A stretch of 63,142 bases of DNA, filler included. It is 7 parts of 7 records of this genome, joined end to end, with 100 filler letters (N's around TTAATTAATTAA, not from the genome) between each part and the next. Parts side by side here need not be neighbours in the genome. Positions count along the whole stretch, not along the records: positions 1 to 13,316 come from SRR2962707_3414; positions 13,417 to 20,949 come from SRR2962707_3415; positions 21,050 to 31,476 come from SRR2962707_3417; 4 more parts are not named here. The stretch is one strand, 5' to 3'. This document shows positions 9,804 to 21,520 of the stretch, one piece after another. The notes under the pieces were generated by a model that had not been told where the DNA came from, did no database searches, and saw only the letters and a list, made by a program, of their open reading frames with translations. The translations under genes were made by a program, and so were the position numbers. The first letter of the stretch is position 1; every line of letters begins with the position of its first letter.

Positions 9804-9876
9804 TGAAAGCGCTTCCATGTTTGATTTTATTGTTGCTCTAGCACGATATTTAATGACGTTTCAGGAAGCGCTTCCA
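9804..9876. promoter_or_regulatory. Two LacI-type operators upstream of bglA
   Basis: TGAAAGCGCTTCCA (9804-9817) and AGGAAGCGCTTCCA (9863-9876): palindromes with a central CG, 59 bp apart. Confidence 0.8.
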
Positions 9877-9953
9877 TATTTAGATTAGTGGCTATTTCTT
9901 AACAGGTCAATAGTTAAATTTAGATAACCAGAAATAGCGTCATATTTAGCATT

Positions 9954-11444
9954 TTAATCAGTTGGGCAATATTGCTGCAAAAATACTTTATGGGATGGCA
10001 GTGCCGCAACTCGTTGGCTGATCTGTTGTTTAATACTCGTCAAAAAGCGGGTTAACTCTTCATCAGTCATTAAACTGGCAATTAAGTGATATTGCTCTGG
10101 CTTGATGCCCTGACCAAGCATTACTTGCACCCATGAGTCGACTCTGAATATATCACCATCGTCTAAAAATACTCGCCCTGTGCGTTTAAATAAGCTAATT
10201 TTATGGGCTAGGGTGTCGGGCACCTCCATACTATTACAGTGGCGCCAAAACTCACTATCGGTGCGTTCAGTTACTTTGTAATGCAATACGATAAAGTCGC
10301 GAATATTTTCGATTTCACTTTTTAGCTGCTTGTTATATTCGCTGACTGCTTGCTCAGTAATGCCATTAAATGGAAAAAGCCGCATAAAGCGAATGATACC
10401 TGACATGATCAGGTGAATACTGGTGGATTCGAGCGGCTCGACAAAACCACTAGCAAGCCCTAATGCAAGGCAGTTTTTATTCCAACCTTTACGACGGCGA
10501 CCTGTTGTAAACTTGATGATTTTCGGCTCAGTTAGCGGGTCACCTTGAATGTTTTCAAGCAGTAATTGCGTTGCTTGATCATCCCCTAAATAGCGACTGC
10601 AATAGACTAAGCCATTTCCAACACGCTGTTGTAAGGGGATTTGCCATTGCCAGCCGGCCTCATGGGCAATTGCGCGGGTGTAGGGTTTTATATCTTCATC
10701 AATAGCTTTTGTTTGCACTGCCACAGCGCTGTCGCAAGGCAGTAAATGCGACCAGTCTTCGTAACCAGTATGCAGTGCTTGTTCAATCAGCAAGCCACGA
10801 AAGCCTGTACAGTCAATAAAAAAGTCACCCTCTATAGTACTATTGTCATTCAGAGTTAAGCTTTCAATAAAGCCTGAACCAGGGCATTTATTTACCTGTG
10901 TAATTTTACCTTCAAGACGGGTAACCCCTAAGTTTTCTGCAAACTTACGTAAAAATAATGCATAGCGACTTGCATCCATGTGAAATGCATAGTTAATCGG
11001 GTTTTGTTGATTAAAGGCAAACTTATTTTGTTTGGCGGCTTGCAGTTCATAGCAGTATTGGCCAAATTCAGACTCTAACCCTAATGATAAACTGTGTAGC
11101 CAAAAATGATGAAATTCTCCCGCCCAGCACTCTTTTCCTGTCATGCCGAATGAGTGAATGTACTGAGTATTTGTTTGCCCCCAGCCCTCAAAACTAATGC
11201 CTAATTTGAAGCTTGCTTGAGTGGCTTGCATAAACTCTTGCTCATTAATACCGAGCAATTTATGAAAGGTACGAATAGGTGGAATTGTCGCTTCACCTAC
11301 ACCGACTGTGGCAATGTCATCAGATTCAATCAAGGTGACTTTGATATTTTTACCGGCTAATTTACTCAGTGCCGCTGCCGCCATCCAACCGGCAGTGCCA
11401 CCACCGGCTATTACCACATTGTTGATATTGTTATTGTGTCTCAT
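9954..11444 (-). CDS. Tryptophan-halogenase-family flavoprotein
   Basis: GGGTAG, VGVGEAT, catalytic-Lys context ASFKLGI, GWQWQIPL and GFVEPLESTSI. Confidence 0.9.
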   Translation of the reverse strand: MRHNNNINNVVIAGGGTAGWMAAAALSKLAGKNIKVTLIESDDIATVGVGEATIPPIRTFHKLLGINEQEFMQATQASFKLGISFEGWGQTNTQYIHSFGMTGKECWAGEFHHFWLHSLSLGLESEFGQYCYELQAAKQNKFAFNQQNPINYAFHMDASRYALFLRKFAENLGVTRLEGKITQVNKCPGSGFIESLTLNDNSTIEGDFFIDCTGFRGLLIEQALHTGYEDWSHLLPCDSAVAVQTKAIDEDIKPYTRAIAHEAGWQWQIPLQQRVGNGLVYCSRYLGDDQATQLLLENIQGDPLTEPKIIKFTTGRRRKGWNKNCLALGLASGFVEPLESTSIHLIMSGIIRFMRLFPFNGITEQAVSEYNKQLKSEIENIRDFIVLHYKVTERTDSEFWRHCNSMEVPDTLAHKISLFKRTGRVFLDDGDIFRVDSWVQVMLGQGIKPEQYHLIASLMTDEELTRFLTSIKQQISQRVAALPSHKVFLQQYCPTD

Positions 11445-12982
11445 TGCTGAGCCTTTTGACTTGGTGTTTGCTCAAAAAGTTGCGTTAGTAGTGCTCGATT
11501 TTTTGGCAAAGCTTGTAAATATTGCGCTATTTTTTCTCGGTTTTGCTGATAAAAATAGTGCCCCGTTTCAGAGTTGTTAAGTGCTTTATTGTGGGTATTG
11601 AATCCCATACCGTAAAGTACATATTGGTAACTCGCTGAAGGGAATACTTCTTCATTTTCAATAAAGTCAAATCGACTCGGTGGTTGGTATTGCCAAACCT
11701 TCATAAGCTCAGCCAAACGGGGTGGGGTACTCGCAGCGGTTTTTATATCCAGCCAATATTGGCTGTCATCACGCTCACTTAAAATGTAGTGCAATTTTAA
11801 AAAATCGATAACTCGTTGCCAACGATAGCTAAAGCGTTGATTGAATCGAGTCGCTAATAATGCCATGTGATTACGATCTTGTGGCATTTGTTCACTTAAC
11901 ATCGACAGCGATAGCTCCACCATGGCAAGGGCTGAGGCTTCCAGTGGCTCTATAAATCCTTGCGACATCCCCACTGCAATACAGTTTTTTATCCAAAATT
12001 GTTCTCTATACCCTGGGGTGAACTCCAGCTTGCGAGTATTAAGTTGCTCGGCAAGTTCTGCGCCTACTGATTGTGCTGCATAGCTTTTTAAGGTATCAAC
12101 CGCGGTTTGTTCATCACAGTACTTATCGCAGTAGGTATAGCCAATACCACGGCGGCTAGGTAAGCCGATATCCCAGATCCAGCCTGATGGTTGTGCAGTC
12201 GATAATGTTGCGCTGGCAATGTCTTGTTGTTCATTTGCATAGGGCAGATGCGCGGCAATAGCACTGTTGTTAAACAAGGTATGCTCTTGATTGATAAATG
12301 TTGAATTGTAATGGTCAGCAATTAAGCGTCCACGTGCACCGGAACAATCAATAAATAAGTCACCGGTTACCTCACCATGCAGTTTAGTTGTTAATGAGCA
12401 AATATAACCGTCATTGTCATTATTAACAGCCATAACATCATCGACAATATGGTTTACACCGAGCTGCTTTACGCAATGACTTTTTAAGAATTCCGCAAAT
12501 TTACTGGCATCGAGATGATAACCGTAGTTAGTCACTGCTGCGTACTCAGGTGTGGTAATTTGTTTTGGCGCAAGAGCCGCTTGGCAAACAAAGCTTTGCA
12601 TATTTAAAGCATCAGCGTATTTTTGGTTGGCTGCATGTTGTTGCCAGTAAGCATGAAGATTGGTCTCTAAATACCCATGTGGCGTCATAAATGGGTGATA
12701 GTAGTTTTCACCTGGGTTTAAATTACGCCAGTTTATAAACTTAGAGCCTTGCTTGAATGAAGCATCGCAGTGCTTTAGAAAATCGACTTCTTTAATACCG
12801 ATGCGCTTTAGCGTATTACGCATTGAAGGCCAGGTGCCTTCACCAACGCCTGAAATAGCAATATTGGCAGATTCAATCAAGGTTATCTGTTTATCTGGGT
12901 GCTCAGCGCCAAGTAATCCTGCACTAAGCCAACCTGCAGCACCTCCACCGAGTACCACAATGTGTTGTATTTTTTTATTCAT
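11441..12982 (-). CDS. Tryptophan-halogenase-family flavoprotein (WxWxIG variant)
   Basis: GGGAAG, GVGEGT, ASFKQG, GWIWDIGL and GFIEPLEASAL. Overlaps the next halogenase by ATGA. Confidence 0.9.
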   Translation of the reverse strand: MNKKIQHIVVLGGGAAGWLSAGLLGAEHPDKQITLIESANIAISGVGEGTWPSMRNTLKRIGIKEVDFLKHCDASFKQGSKFINWRNLNPGENYYHPFMTPHGYLETNLHAYWQQHAANQKYADALNMQSFVCQAALAPKQITTPEYAAVTNYGYHLDASKFAEFLKSHCVKQLGVNHIVDDVMAVNNDNDGYICSLTTKLHGEVTGDLFIDCSGARGRLIADHYNSTFINQEHTLFNNSAIAAHLPYANEQQDIASATLSTAQPSGWIWDIGLPSRRGIGYTYCDKYCDEQTAVDTLKSYAAQSVGAELAEQLNTRKLEFTPGYREQFWIKNCIAVGMSQGFIEPLEASALAMVELSLSMLSEQMPQDRNHMALLATRFNQRFSYRWQRVIDFLKLHYILSERDDSQYWLDIKTAASTPPRLAELMKVWQYQPPSRFDFIENEEVFPSASYQYVLYGMGFNTHNKALNNSETGHYFYQQNREKIAQYLQALPKNRALLTQLFEQTPSQKAQQ

Positions 12983-13014
12983 TGTGTGCTCTTATGTTGT
13001 CTAATTGAAACGAC

Positions 13015-13039
13015 AAAAGCCGCTAACAAATAGCGGCTT
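13015..13039 (-). terminator. Rho-independent terminator-like hairpin after the TonB receptor
   Basis: AAGCCGCTA-N5-TAGCGGCTT ending in a short T-run on the minus strand. Confidence 0.65.
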
Positions 13040-13068
13040 GATACTCATTATTTATGAGTAATACCATC

Positions 13069-13316
13069 TTAAAAGTTATAGCGCATACCTATGTTATAAC
13101 GGGCGCCATTTTGTTCCAAGTTCCATAATTGCGCTTGGTAACGGCCATGCTGACGCATGTTTTGCTCAGTTATATTAAGTCCTTCAACGAAGAATGACAT
13201 TTTTTCATTGAAGTTATATGCAATATTAAAATCTATTTGATAATACTCTTCAGTAAAGCTGGGCTCATTAACATAGCGAGCGGCATTGTTTAAGAATTTA
13301 TCACGCCAGTTATAGG
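13069..13316 (-). CDS. TonB-dependent receptor, C-terminal fragment (contig edge)
   Basis: Manual translation YNWRDKFL...QIDFNIAYNF...FVEGLNITE...GARYNIGMRYNF*, with terminal Phe. Not in the ORF track. Confidence 0.88.
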
Positions 13317-13416
13317 NNNNNNNNNNNNNNNNNNNNNNNNNNNNNNNNNNNNNNNNNNNNTTAATTAATTAANNNNNNNNNNNNNNNNNNNNNNNNNNNN
13401 NNNNNNNNNNNNNNNN
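13317..13416. other. Artificial contig spacer
   Basis: N44-TTAATTAATTAA-N44, with stops in six frames. Confidence 0.99.
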
Positions 13417-13440
13417 AGCAGCAGCAGCAGCAGCAGCAGT
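13417..13440. repeat. (GCA)n microsatellite at contig start
   Basis: agcagcagca... read directly. Confidence 0.9.
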
Positions 13441-16400
13441 AGCACTACTCAACCCTCTCTGTTGGAATGTGCTCAACTCCGTGGTGAGGGAAAGAACGGG
13501 GCAGTCGAACTGCTAGACGGGGCGGAGGAGCGGCTGTTCAACCTCCTTGGGCTCAACTCTCCCGCAGCCTCAGCTTCTTCAGTCTCAGCCTCTTCGGCTT
13601 CTCGCACGGCCGCTCCTTTCGGTCTTTCCAACATCCCATTCGAGCTGCCTGCGCTCGACAGTGCCAGCGGTGCTGCTGCCGTAGAGCATTCGAAGGCGGT
13701 TGACGAGCTGTTCGCTCGTCTCGATACCGAGCTGAAGCCGGCAGCGGATGCTCTGTTGAATGCGCTGGAGACGTCGGTCATGGGAGAGCCGCAGTTCATC
13801 GCGCCTCCGCGCCAGCAGCTGTTTGAACTCAACACCACTCTCACGTCCACTGCGGAGGCTGGATTCGCGACCGCCCACGATGCGCGGGTGCTCAACCGGT
13901 ACATTTTCCAGCAGAACTCGGGAAGCACCCTGGATGAGAAAGTCGCGTCGGCCATCGCTGCTGCAAAACCAAGCGGCAGCGCTCCCGAGGCGGCGCTTGC
14001 AACGCACGAAGTGTACGACGCAGTCATGGGTGGTGCTGGGCTGAAAACGACGGCGCCTGGAGTCAGTGCTGGGCTAGACGCGTCTGATTTCGTCGCGGAG
14101 CCGCGCATGCAACGTCAGCCTGTTGCAAGCGTGCTGTTGCCCCGTGAGTTGAAGCCTGACGCTGCTGGGGTGTCGCAACATGCGGCAGCGGCGGCGGTGG
14201 CGGGAGAGGGAGACGCCAGTCTCCCAGAACCGCAGGCGGGGCGTCTTTCCGCGAGTCTTCTGAGCAAAGCTGCCGAGGCCACTCGAGCGGCGCAGGACCC
14301 CGATTATGCTGAACAGCTGCGCGAGGATGTTCTCCGACGAAGACAGATGCGGGACGCAGGATTCGAAGAAGCAGCAGCATCGTCCGATGGTGGTCGCGGT
14401 GGTGGCGCCTCAGCAACAGGGAATGTTTCACCAGCGGGAACTGAGTCGGGAGGCAGTAGTAGCCCCGCTCAACCTCGCATTGCTATCACGAGTATTTTTG
14501 ATTTTGCCTTCAGTGACGAGGACCAATCAGATGACGACGATGATAGTGATGGCGACCTCACTGGTGTGGCCGAGGCCGACCAGGGTGCTTCAGGGGGCAA
14601 TGGCATCGAAGGATATTCTGGGAGCGACTATTCGCAAGCTGGGTCGCCAGGGGAGGGCAGCGTTGGTGACAATGCAATTGTTGATCTCGAGACGCGTCGT
14701 GACAATATCTTTGAGGAGAAAGTAGCAGCGGCACCCGGCAGCCTGCTTGCTGAGGCGCGAAAGTCGCTGCGACAGGGCAAACGAAACGGACGACACCCAT
14801 TGGATGCAAAGAAATGGGGCGGAACCCGCGCTGAAATTGACAATGGGGCACACAGCGCCGACGGGACGAGCGAGATGACTTTCGCAGTGACGAAGAGTGT
14901 TGATGTGTCGCAGTTCCACGAGCTAGTGCCAGACATGGCGTGGAGTTTTCCGTTTGAGCTCGATACTTTTCAGAAAGAGGCTGTGCTTCATCTTGAACGA
15001 GGGGAGAGCGTGTTTATTGCTGCGCACACGTCGGCCGGCAAAACCGTGGTTGCCGAGTACGTGACCAGCATGCGGAAATTCGCTTGCGTGATCCATGCGG
15101 TGCACCACTTGTTGCGCTTTGTTTTACTTTTCGCGCACAATTTTCGCTAGGTATGCCATTGCATTGTGCAAGCACCATATGACCAAGTGCATTTACACAA
15201 GCCCCATCAAAGCACTCTCCAACCAAAAGTATCGCGACTTCCAGGAGCGGTTCGACGACATTGGATTAATCACAGGCGACACACAAATTAAGCCGGAGGC
15301 TTCGTGTTTGATCATGACGACAGAGATTCTTCGCTCGATGCTGTACGTATTCCACCGTTCGCTTGCGTACTTTCGGAACGACGCAGAGCGCTGAACTGGG
15401 CTTGCGTATACATGCACACGCACTTTCGACAAACGCGCGACGACGCGCTTGATGCCCCTGTGATTTGAGTTTGGATGCATTTGACCATATGTAGGTACCG
15501 TGGATCTGATGTTATCCGGGATATTGAATGGGTGATATTTGACGAAGTGCATTACATCAACGATGCAGAGAGAGGTGTGGTGTGGGAGGAGGTGATCATT
15601 ATGCTACCCGAGCATGTGAACCTCGTGTTCCTATCGGCGACGACTCCAAATACGGCCGAGTTCTCTGACTGGATCGGTAAGGATCCTGCCCGCTCTCTTA
15701 TCCAACCTGTGATTGGCCACGTCCATACGGACTGTGCCTCCTCCGCTTCTCTGATTTTCTTTTTGTAAACAACAGGACGGACGAAAAAACGACAGGTTTA
15801 CGTAATTTCTACGGCGCATCGCCCTGTTCCATTGACGCATTACTTGTACACCGGGATCAACGGCAAGGACAAGCTTCATCAAATTGTGGACCAACGCGGG
15901 CGCTTTGATGCAACTGGATACAAAAAAGCTATTGAACCGCCGCCTTCTGCGGCTGCCAAGGCATCGACCTCGAAGAAGCCCACTGGTCGCGGCGGTGGTG
16001 GTCGAGGCAAAGGAAAAGGAGCCCGCGGCAGCAAACGCGGTGGGGGCGGGGCAACCATCAAGTCCTTCATCCAGATGATTCAAAAGAAAGAGCTCCTCCC
16101 TATGGTAATCTTTGCGTTCAGCAAGCGCAAGTGCGAGTCAGGGGCGCAAGGGTTGCAGGGTGTATCCCTCAACACCAAGGCTGAGCAGAGCCACGTCACG
16201 TCCTTTTGCAACAAATCACTGTCGCGCCTGCAAGGCTCTGATCGCGATCTTCCTCAGGTGCTCACGATTGTAGAACAAGCGCGCCGGGGGATTGGTGTGC
16301 ATCACGGCGGTCTTTTGCCAATTCTGAAAGAAATTGTGGAAATCCTCTTTTGTGAAGGTCTAATCAAGGTATTGAACATGTGCATGGAGGTTACTGCTTG

Positions 16401-19400
16401 ACTTTTCCTGGTGTCGTTGGTCATTACATTTTACATCTTTGGCCCTTCACAGTATTTGGATATGATCTGGCTTGCAGGTGCTGTTTGCAACCGAAACCTT
16501 TGCAATGGGTGTTAACGCCCCGGCGAAGGCGGTTGCATTTGCAAGCGTTCGCAAGTTCGACGGCAAGAATTTTCGCACGCTTTTGCCTGGGGAGTATACT
16601 CAGATGAGCGGGCGAGCTGGTAGACGTGGACTGGATACAACTGGAACCGTCGTTATTTTGGTAAGTTTGCAGCGTTTTCTGTCGGATTGGCGAGCAGATG
16701 ACGTGGTCGGAACCTTAATGGCACGTACACTTCTTATTTTCACTGTGTTTGCAGGCCATCAATGACGATGTTCCTGATCGAGACGACCTGGCGCGCATGT
16801 TGACTGGCAAGCCAACAGCGCTTGAAAGCCAGTTTCGGCTGACGTACGTGACGTGCTCGCCTGGTACTCGCCCTTTCGGTTGACTTGGACGTGTGGCTTT
16901 GATTTTTTCTTCCGAGGTGTGCTATTGTTAACTGTGATGTCTTCATACATCGTGTGTGAAAGGTACACTATGATCTTGAATCTGCTCAAAGTGGAGGACA
17001 TGTCCGTCGAAGGCATGATCAAAAAATCGTTTTCTGAAGTCCATACTGCCCGCGCAATGAAAGTGAAGGACCCGGAAGAGTTCCTGAGTCGACTTGAGGC
17101 GTCTCGAGCTCGCCTTCCAGACAGTGTTGACAGCGATGCAGCAGCTGCTGCAGCAGACATTTTAATGGTTGAAGAAGGGCTCGCACAAACCCGCAACTTC
17201 CTTCACGCCCAGCTGTTGCGGAACAAAACACTCTTTGCAGCTGGGCGTGTTGTTATTTTGCGCCCGACGGCTGAACTAGCAGCACTCACGGGACGCGGTG
17301 CCGTGAGCGGCAGTGCAGGTTCATCGTCGGCACAAGGAACTGGTTACACTCCGTTGGCAGGATCAACTCTCTTGGCCTTGATACTTGGTCCGCCGTCGTG
17401 GACTTCGGGACAGCTAAAATTGGTAGTTCTCTGCCCAAAGCCAATGGATCACTATCTCTCGCGATCAGATGTGAGCCTAGTTGAAAAGACTCTTATGCAT
17501 CCGTCCACCGTTGTCCCGTCCACCGTTGCCTTGTATTCCAAAATTCAATGTGCTTGACGTGGTGGGGTTGCCTTTTTTTTGTTGGGCAGGCACCGAATCA
17601 TTCATTCACAACGCACCGAGCGTCCGCTTCAGGGCGTCTTGGTTTGTTGATCCAAGCTCCAGTTGCCCAAGTGGAGATGGTTTGTAAGGCAAAGGCCAAA
17701 GGGGGAGTAAATGCCCGAATATTTGATTCGCCTGAAGAGAGAGAGTTGGAGTTCTCTCGGGCACTGGACGTCCTGATCAAGACGGAGCAAGACCATGGTG
17801 GTTTCCCGTTGATTGGGTGAGCGTGCTTGCTTATCGCGTTTTCGTATGGTTTGCGCCACAGTACCGCATGCAGCCAAAGAGATCACGTACAAAATGTGCT
17901 TGCAGAGTGTGGTTTTGTGTTGTCGGAACCTCGTGCTCAGCACTCTTACAGTTAACGTTTGTTCATCGTGCGCTCTAGGTGCGGTGTTACGCAGCCACAG
18001 GAGGTGGAATTTTCTAAATGTGTTGGCAAGCAAATCGATGTCAAGCTGGGTGCGTCAAATGTGTTTTTTTTCTCCAGTCCACCCATTTCTTTTGAAAACA
18101 GCCATTGCTGAGTCAACACGGCCGGCACCGACGCTTTGCGCGGTCCTTTCGCGCTGCCAACCAGGTCTCGCAATGCGAAAATTGCGATCACTTCAGGAAG
18201 AGCTTCGATCCATCACTCAGTCGGGCTTCGTTGCTGATGCGCCAAGGGGTCGAATTGCTGAAGCGGTAAAAACCGAATCCAAGCGACGGGCATTGGACAC
18301 CCGTATTGAAGCTTTGAAAACGCTGTTTTCATCCGAGGCGCTGCGCCTCTTCCCAGACTTCCAGCAACGGCTCAAGGTACGGCCTTTCAGCGTCGTGCTC
18401 GCTCAAGATCATACGTCGCGTACAGACAGCGTTGCATGCGTGTTTCCTCTGACTCATGAATGGCCGATCAAAACGCTCGCAGGTGCTTGTCACCCTTGAT
18501 TATATTGATGCAGAAAACGCAGTCCAGCTCAAGGGCCGTGTTGCAAGTGAAGTCAATACTTGTGACGAGCTGATCCTGACAGAGCTAGTTTTTGAGAATG
18601 CAAGTTTTCTTAGAAACTGAATATTTCCCTGCGTGTGTGCGTCTGTTGCTCGGGTAGCTGAGCTAACACTGCATGCCTGCCCTGCCGGTGTGTGGCCCAC
18701 CAATTCTGCCAACGTATGCACACTTGGATATCCAGGTTCTGTTTGATCTGAACGCGGCTGAATGCGTCGCGCTCCTCTCCGCGCTGATTTTCAAGAAAAA
18801 GGTTCGTTGCACCAAAGGCACTATGTAGCCGGCGCTTCTACGCTTCTTCTGTGTACACTTGATGGAATTGGTGGGTTGCACGATGATGATCGCAGACTGA
18901 TGATGATCCCATGGACGGCCTGCCGGACTCGCTCGTTGATGCTGTGAATTCAACGGTGGACATTAGCAAGCAGCTTGCTGCAGTTCAGCTTGATTGCGGA
19001 CTTGATGTGCTGGTACGCTTTCCATTTGGCCAATGCCAGGGACGTGTGTTAGGTTTTTTGAAGGTATTTTGATGATGCTGTGAGTGGTGGCTGTTGGCTG
19101 TTAAGGCGGAGGAGTATACAAAAGAAGCGCTCAATTTTGGGCTTGTTCGGGTTGTCTACGAATGGGTACGCCTCTGTCATCGTTTGCCTGAGATCGAATT
19201 TGGCCCATTGAAATGCAATAAATGCTGACAGAAGTGTATTCAATAGGCAAAGGGAATGCCATTTCAAGAAATTTGCCAACTTACGAGCGTGGAGGAAGGC
19301 ACTGTTGTGCGAGCAATTACACGTGTTGACGAAACATGCCGCGAGGTTTGTTGCTTCCTGCTTTGCCACTGTGGAATGCCAGCAGCGGCTCCGCACTGGT

Positions 19401-19632
19401 AGATTGCTGATGTCAACGCGATTGCGCAGGTTCGGAATGCAGCTCGCATTGTCGGCGACCCAGCTCTGTACCGCAAGATGGAGATGGTTCGTTGCGTACA
19501 TGCTAAATTGACTGTGTGTAGTGTGCCTGGATGCCGTGCGCTACACATAGCTTTTCACTTTTTGTGTTGGTGCAGGCTTCGGACCTAATCAAGCGCGACA
19601 TAGTTTTCGCCACAAGCTTGTACCTCTCGTAG
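13417..19632 (+). CDS. SKI2: Eukaryotic SKI2/SKIV2L DExH RNA helicase, about 16 spliceosomal introns, 5' end cut by the contig edge
   Basis: Spliced motifs [81 protein letters not shown], and the DSHCT end [13 protein letters not shown]. Example introns: 15057-15150, 15343-15494 and 15677-15775 (GT-AG). Confidence 0.92.
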
Positions 19633-19735
19633 GCAGGTGTTGGCACATGTGTCTCAGAAAAAAGGCGTCGCTATAAGTTAACGAAAATTTTGTCCAAGTA
19701 TCGCGCCACCTCTGTCGAGCGTACCTGTGCCAAAT

Positions 19736-20701
19736 TTAGAAGTTTCGTACGCAGACTAAATCACAAGACCACCAACGTAATTCACTGGCCGAATGACAGC
19801 ACAATTTAAATGCATGCTGTTCAGGTGTTCTCACCATTGAAGCTGGCGAAGTGTCGGTCGACCAAAATTGACTGATGCTGGGGTTGAAGTCGCCGCTCCC
19901 ATCGCCTGATTCATCTTCGGTTGAGGCGGCCACAATGCTGGCAGCACCAGATTGCGTGATGTTTTTTGTGCCATGAACACCCTCAACATCCGCAGCTTCA
20001 TCACTGTTTCGCAGGCCAGTACTGACGGCAGATTGCGCCTCATCGTGAGTATGCCCATTTGCTGCACGTTTTAAATATGACACAAAATTTTTCTTGCGAC
20101 GGAGCTCAGCACGGTACGCCCCTGCAACACGTTCCATCCAATCAAGTGAATCCATGGCACAGACAGGCTTCATGAGGGTGCGTTGACCCTTCACCACCGA
20201 CAAAGAAGACATGGTTTTTTCAGAAATAGGTGAGGATTGGGAAAACTCTGCGCCTGGCGACCCAAGGACTGCCTGCAACTGCCCTTCAAGTAACGTGTCC
20301 ATCGATCGCTGCAGATCATTCAACACTGCAAGCATTGCGTCGAGCTGCTTGAAATGGCCTCCGGCTCCAAAGGCTGATTCGACCATTTTCGCACGAAGAT
20401 TGCTCCAGGACCCTGGAAACAGGTCCAGCACACTTGAAAAATCTTCCACAGTGTCACCGGGCACGCCCTTAGAGGATCCTGCAGTTGCGTCACTCAAGTG
20501 GCGTGCAGCAGCATTGACGCGATGCACCTGAACTGCGATCTGTACACCCTGAGAAATTGTGGCACATATTGCCTCAACCACCTTGACCCCTTCCTCGTCT
20601 TGCTTCCGCCACGATTGAAGCAACGACCTGAGCGCGCGCCACGCGCGGTGCGAGTCCACGGTGGCCATTCCAAAGCCGTGCTTCAACCAACTTCTCGCCA
20701 C
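19736..20701 (-). CDS. Eukaryotic protein resembling C1orf109/AIRIM (CK2S family)
   Basis: 321-aa ORF. The LDLFPGSWSNLRAK and MDSLDWMERVAGAYRAELRRKK segments resemble remembered family motifs; this was not searched. The ends may be spliced. Confidence 0.45.
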   Translation of the reverse strand: MARSWLKHGFGMATVDSHRAWRALRSLLQSWRKQDEEGVKVVEAICATISQGVQIAVQVHRVNAAARHLSDATAGSSKGVPGDTVEDFSSVLDLFPGSWSNLRAKMVESAFGAGGHFKQLDAMLAVLNDLQRSMDTLLEGQLQAVLGSPGAEFSQSSPISEKTMSSLSVVKGQRTLMKPVCAMDSLDWMERVAGAYRAELRRKKNFVSYLKRAANGHTHDEAQSAVSTGLRNSDEAADVEGVHGTKNITQSGAASIVAASTEDESGDGSGDFNPSISQFWSTDTSPASMVRTPEQHAFKLCCHSASELRWWSCDLVCVRNF

Positions 20702-20855
20702 ACGTTCACATTTTTTTTTAGTTCAAGTCGACTCAACTCAGTGTTTGAGTACAGCACGAATCAATCTTACTCAAGACACAGTGTTGTACAAGAGCAACCG
20801 CCCACGACGCACTCAACAACTTCAGATCAACTTCGCTCGCACCATTGGCAACAAT

Positions 20856-20876
20856 ACACACACACACACACACACA
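20856..20876. repeat. (CA)n microsatellite
   Basis: acacacacac... run of about 10 units. Confidence 0.9.
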
Positions 20877-20949
20877 AAATGAGCGAAGGGACGCGCAGCA
20901 ACAACAAAAACGCACAACACCTAAAGCCCCGACAACAACGAAATGAGAG

Positions 20950-21049
20950 NNNNNNNNNNNNNNNNNNNNNNNNNNNNNNNNNNNNNNNNNNNNTTAATTA
21001 ATTAANNNNNNNNNNNNNNNNNNNNNNNNNNNNNNNNNNNNNNNNNNNN
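20950..21049. other. Artificial contig spacer
   Basis: N44-TTAATTAATTAA-N44. Confidence 0.99.
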
Positions 21050-21520
21050 CAGATCGAGCATTTCATCGGCTTCGTCGAGGACGACAGCTTTGATTTCGCT
21101 CAGGTCAATGGAGTTGCGCATGATGTGGTCACGCAAACGACCGGGGGTTGCCACGACGATATGCGCACCGCGCTGTAGGCTGCGGCGTTCATCGCGCATG
21201 TCCATACCACCGACACATGACGCGACAACCGCGCCGGCCTGATCATACAGCCAGCTGAGTTCGCGTTTCACTTGCAACGCCAGTTCACGCGTGGGCGCGA
21301 TGATCAAAGCAAGGGGAGAGCCGGCGCGAGGGAAGGACTCGGCCTCCTCCAACAAGGTCGGCGCAATCGCCAGACCAAAGCCAAGGGTTTTGCCGGATCC
21401 GGTCTGAGCCGAGACCAATAGATCCTGGCCGACAAGTTCTGGTTCCGTCACAGCCACCTGTACCGGCGTCAGCGTTTCGTAACCACGTTTTTCGACTGCG
21501 TCTGAGAGAGCTTTTTTCAC
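21050..21520 (-). CDS. DEAD-box RNA helicase (DeaD/CsdA-like), N-terminal part
   Basis: Q motif GYETLTPVQ, AQTGSGKT, APTRELA, ATPGRL and LDEADEML. Truncated by the contig edge. Confidence 0.93.

Noticed and set aside
15150..19632. Fragmented SKI2 ORFs as a pseudogene or alternative genetic code
   Set aside because: Stops fall inside GT-AG (one GC-AG) introns, and splicing restores the conserved motifs in the standard code.
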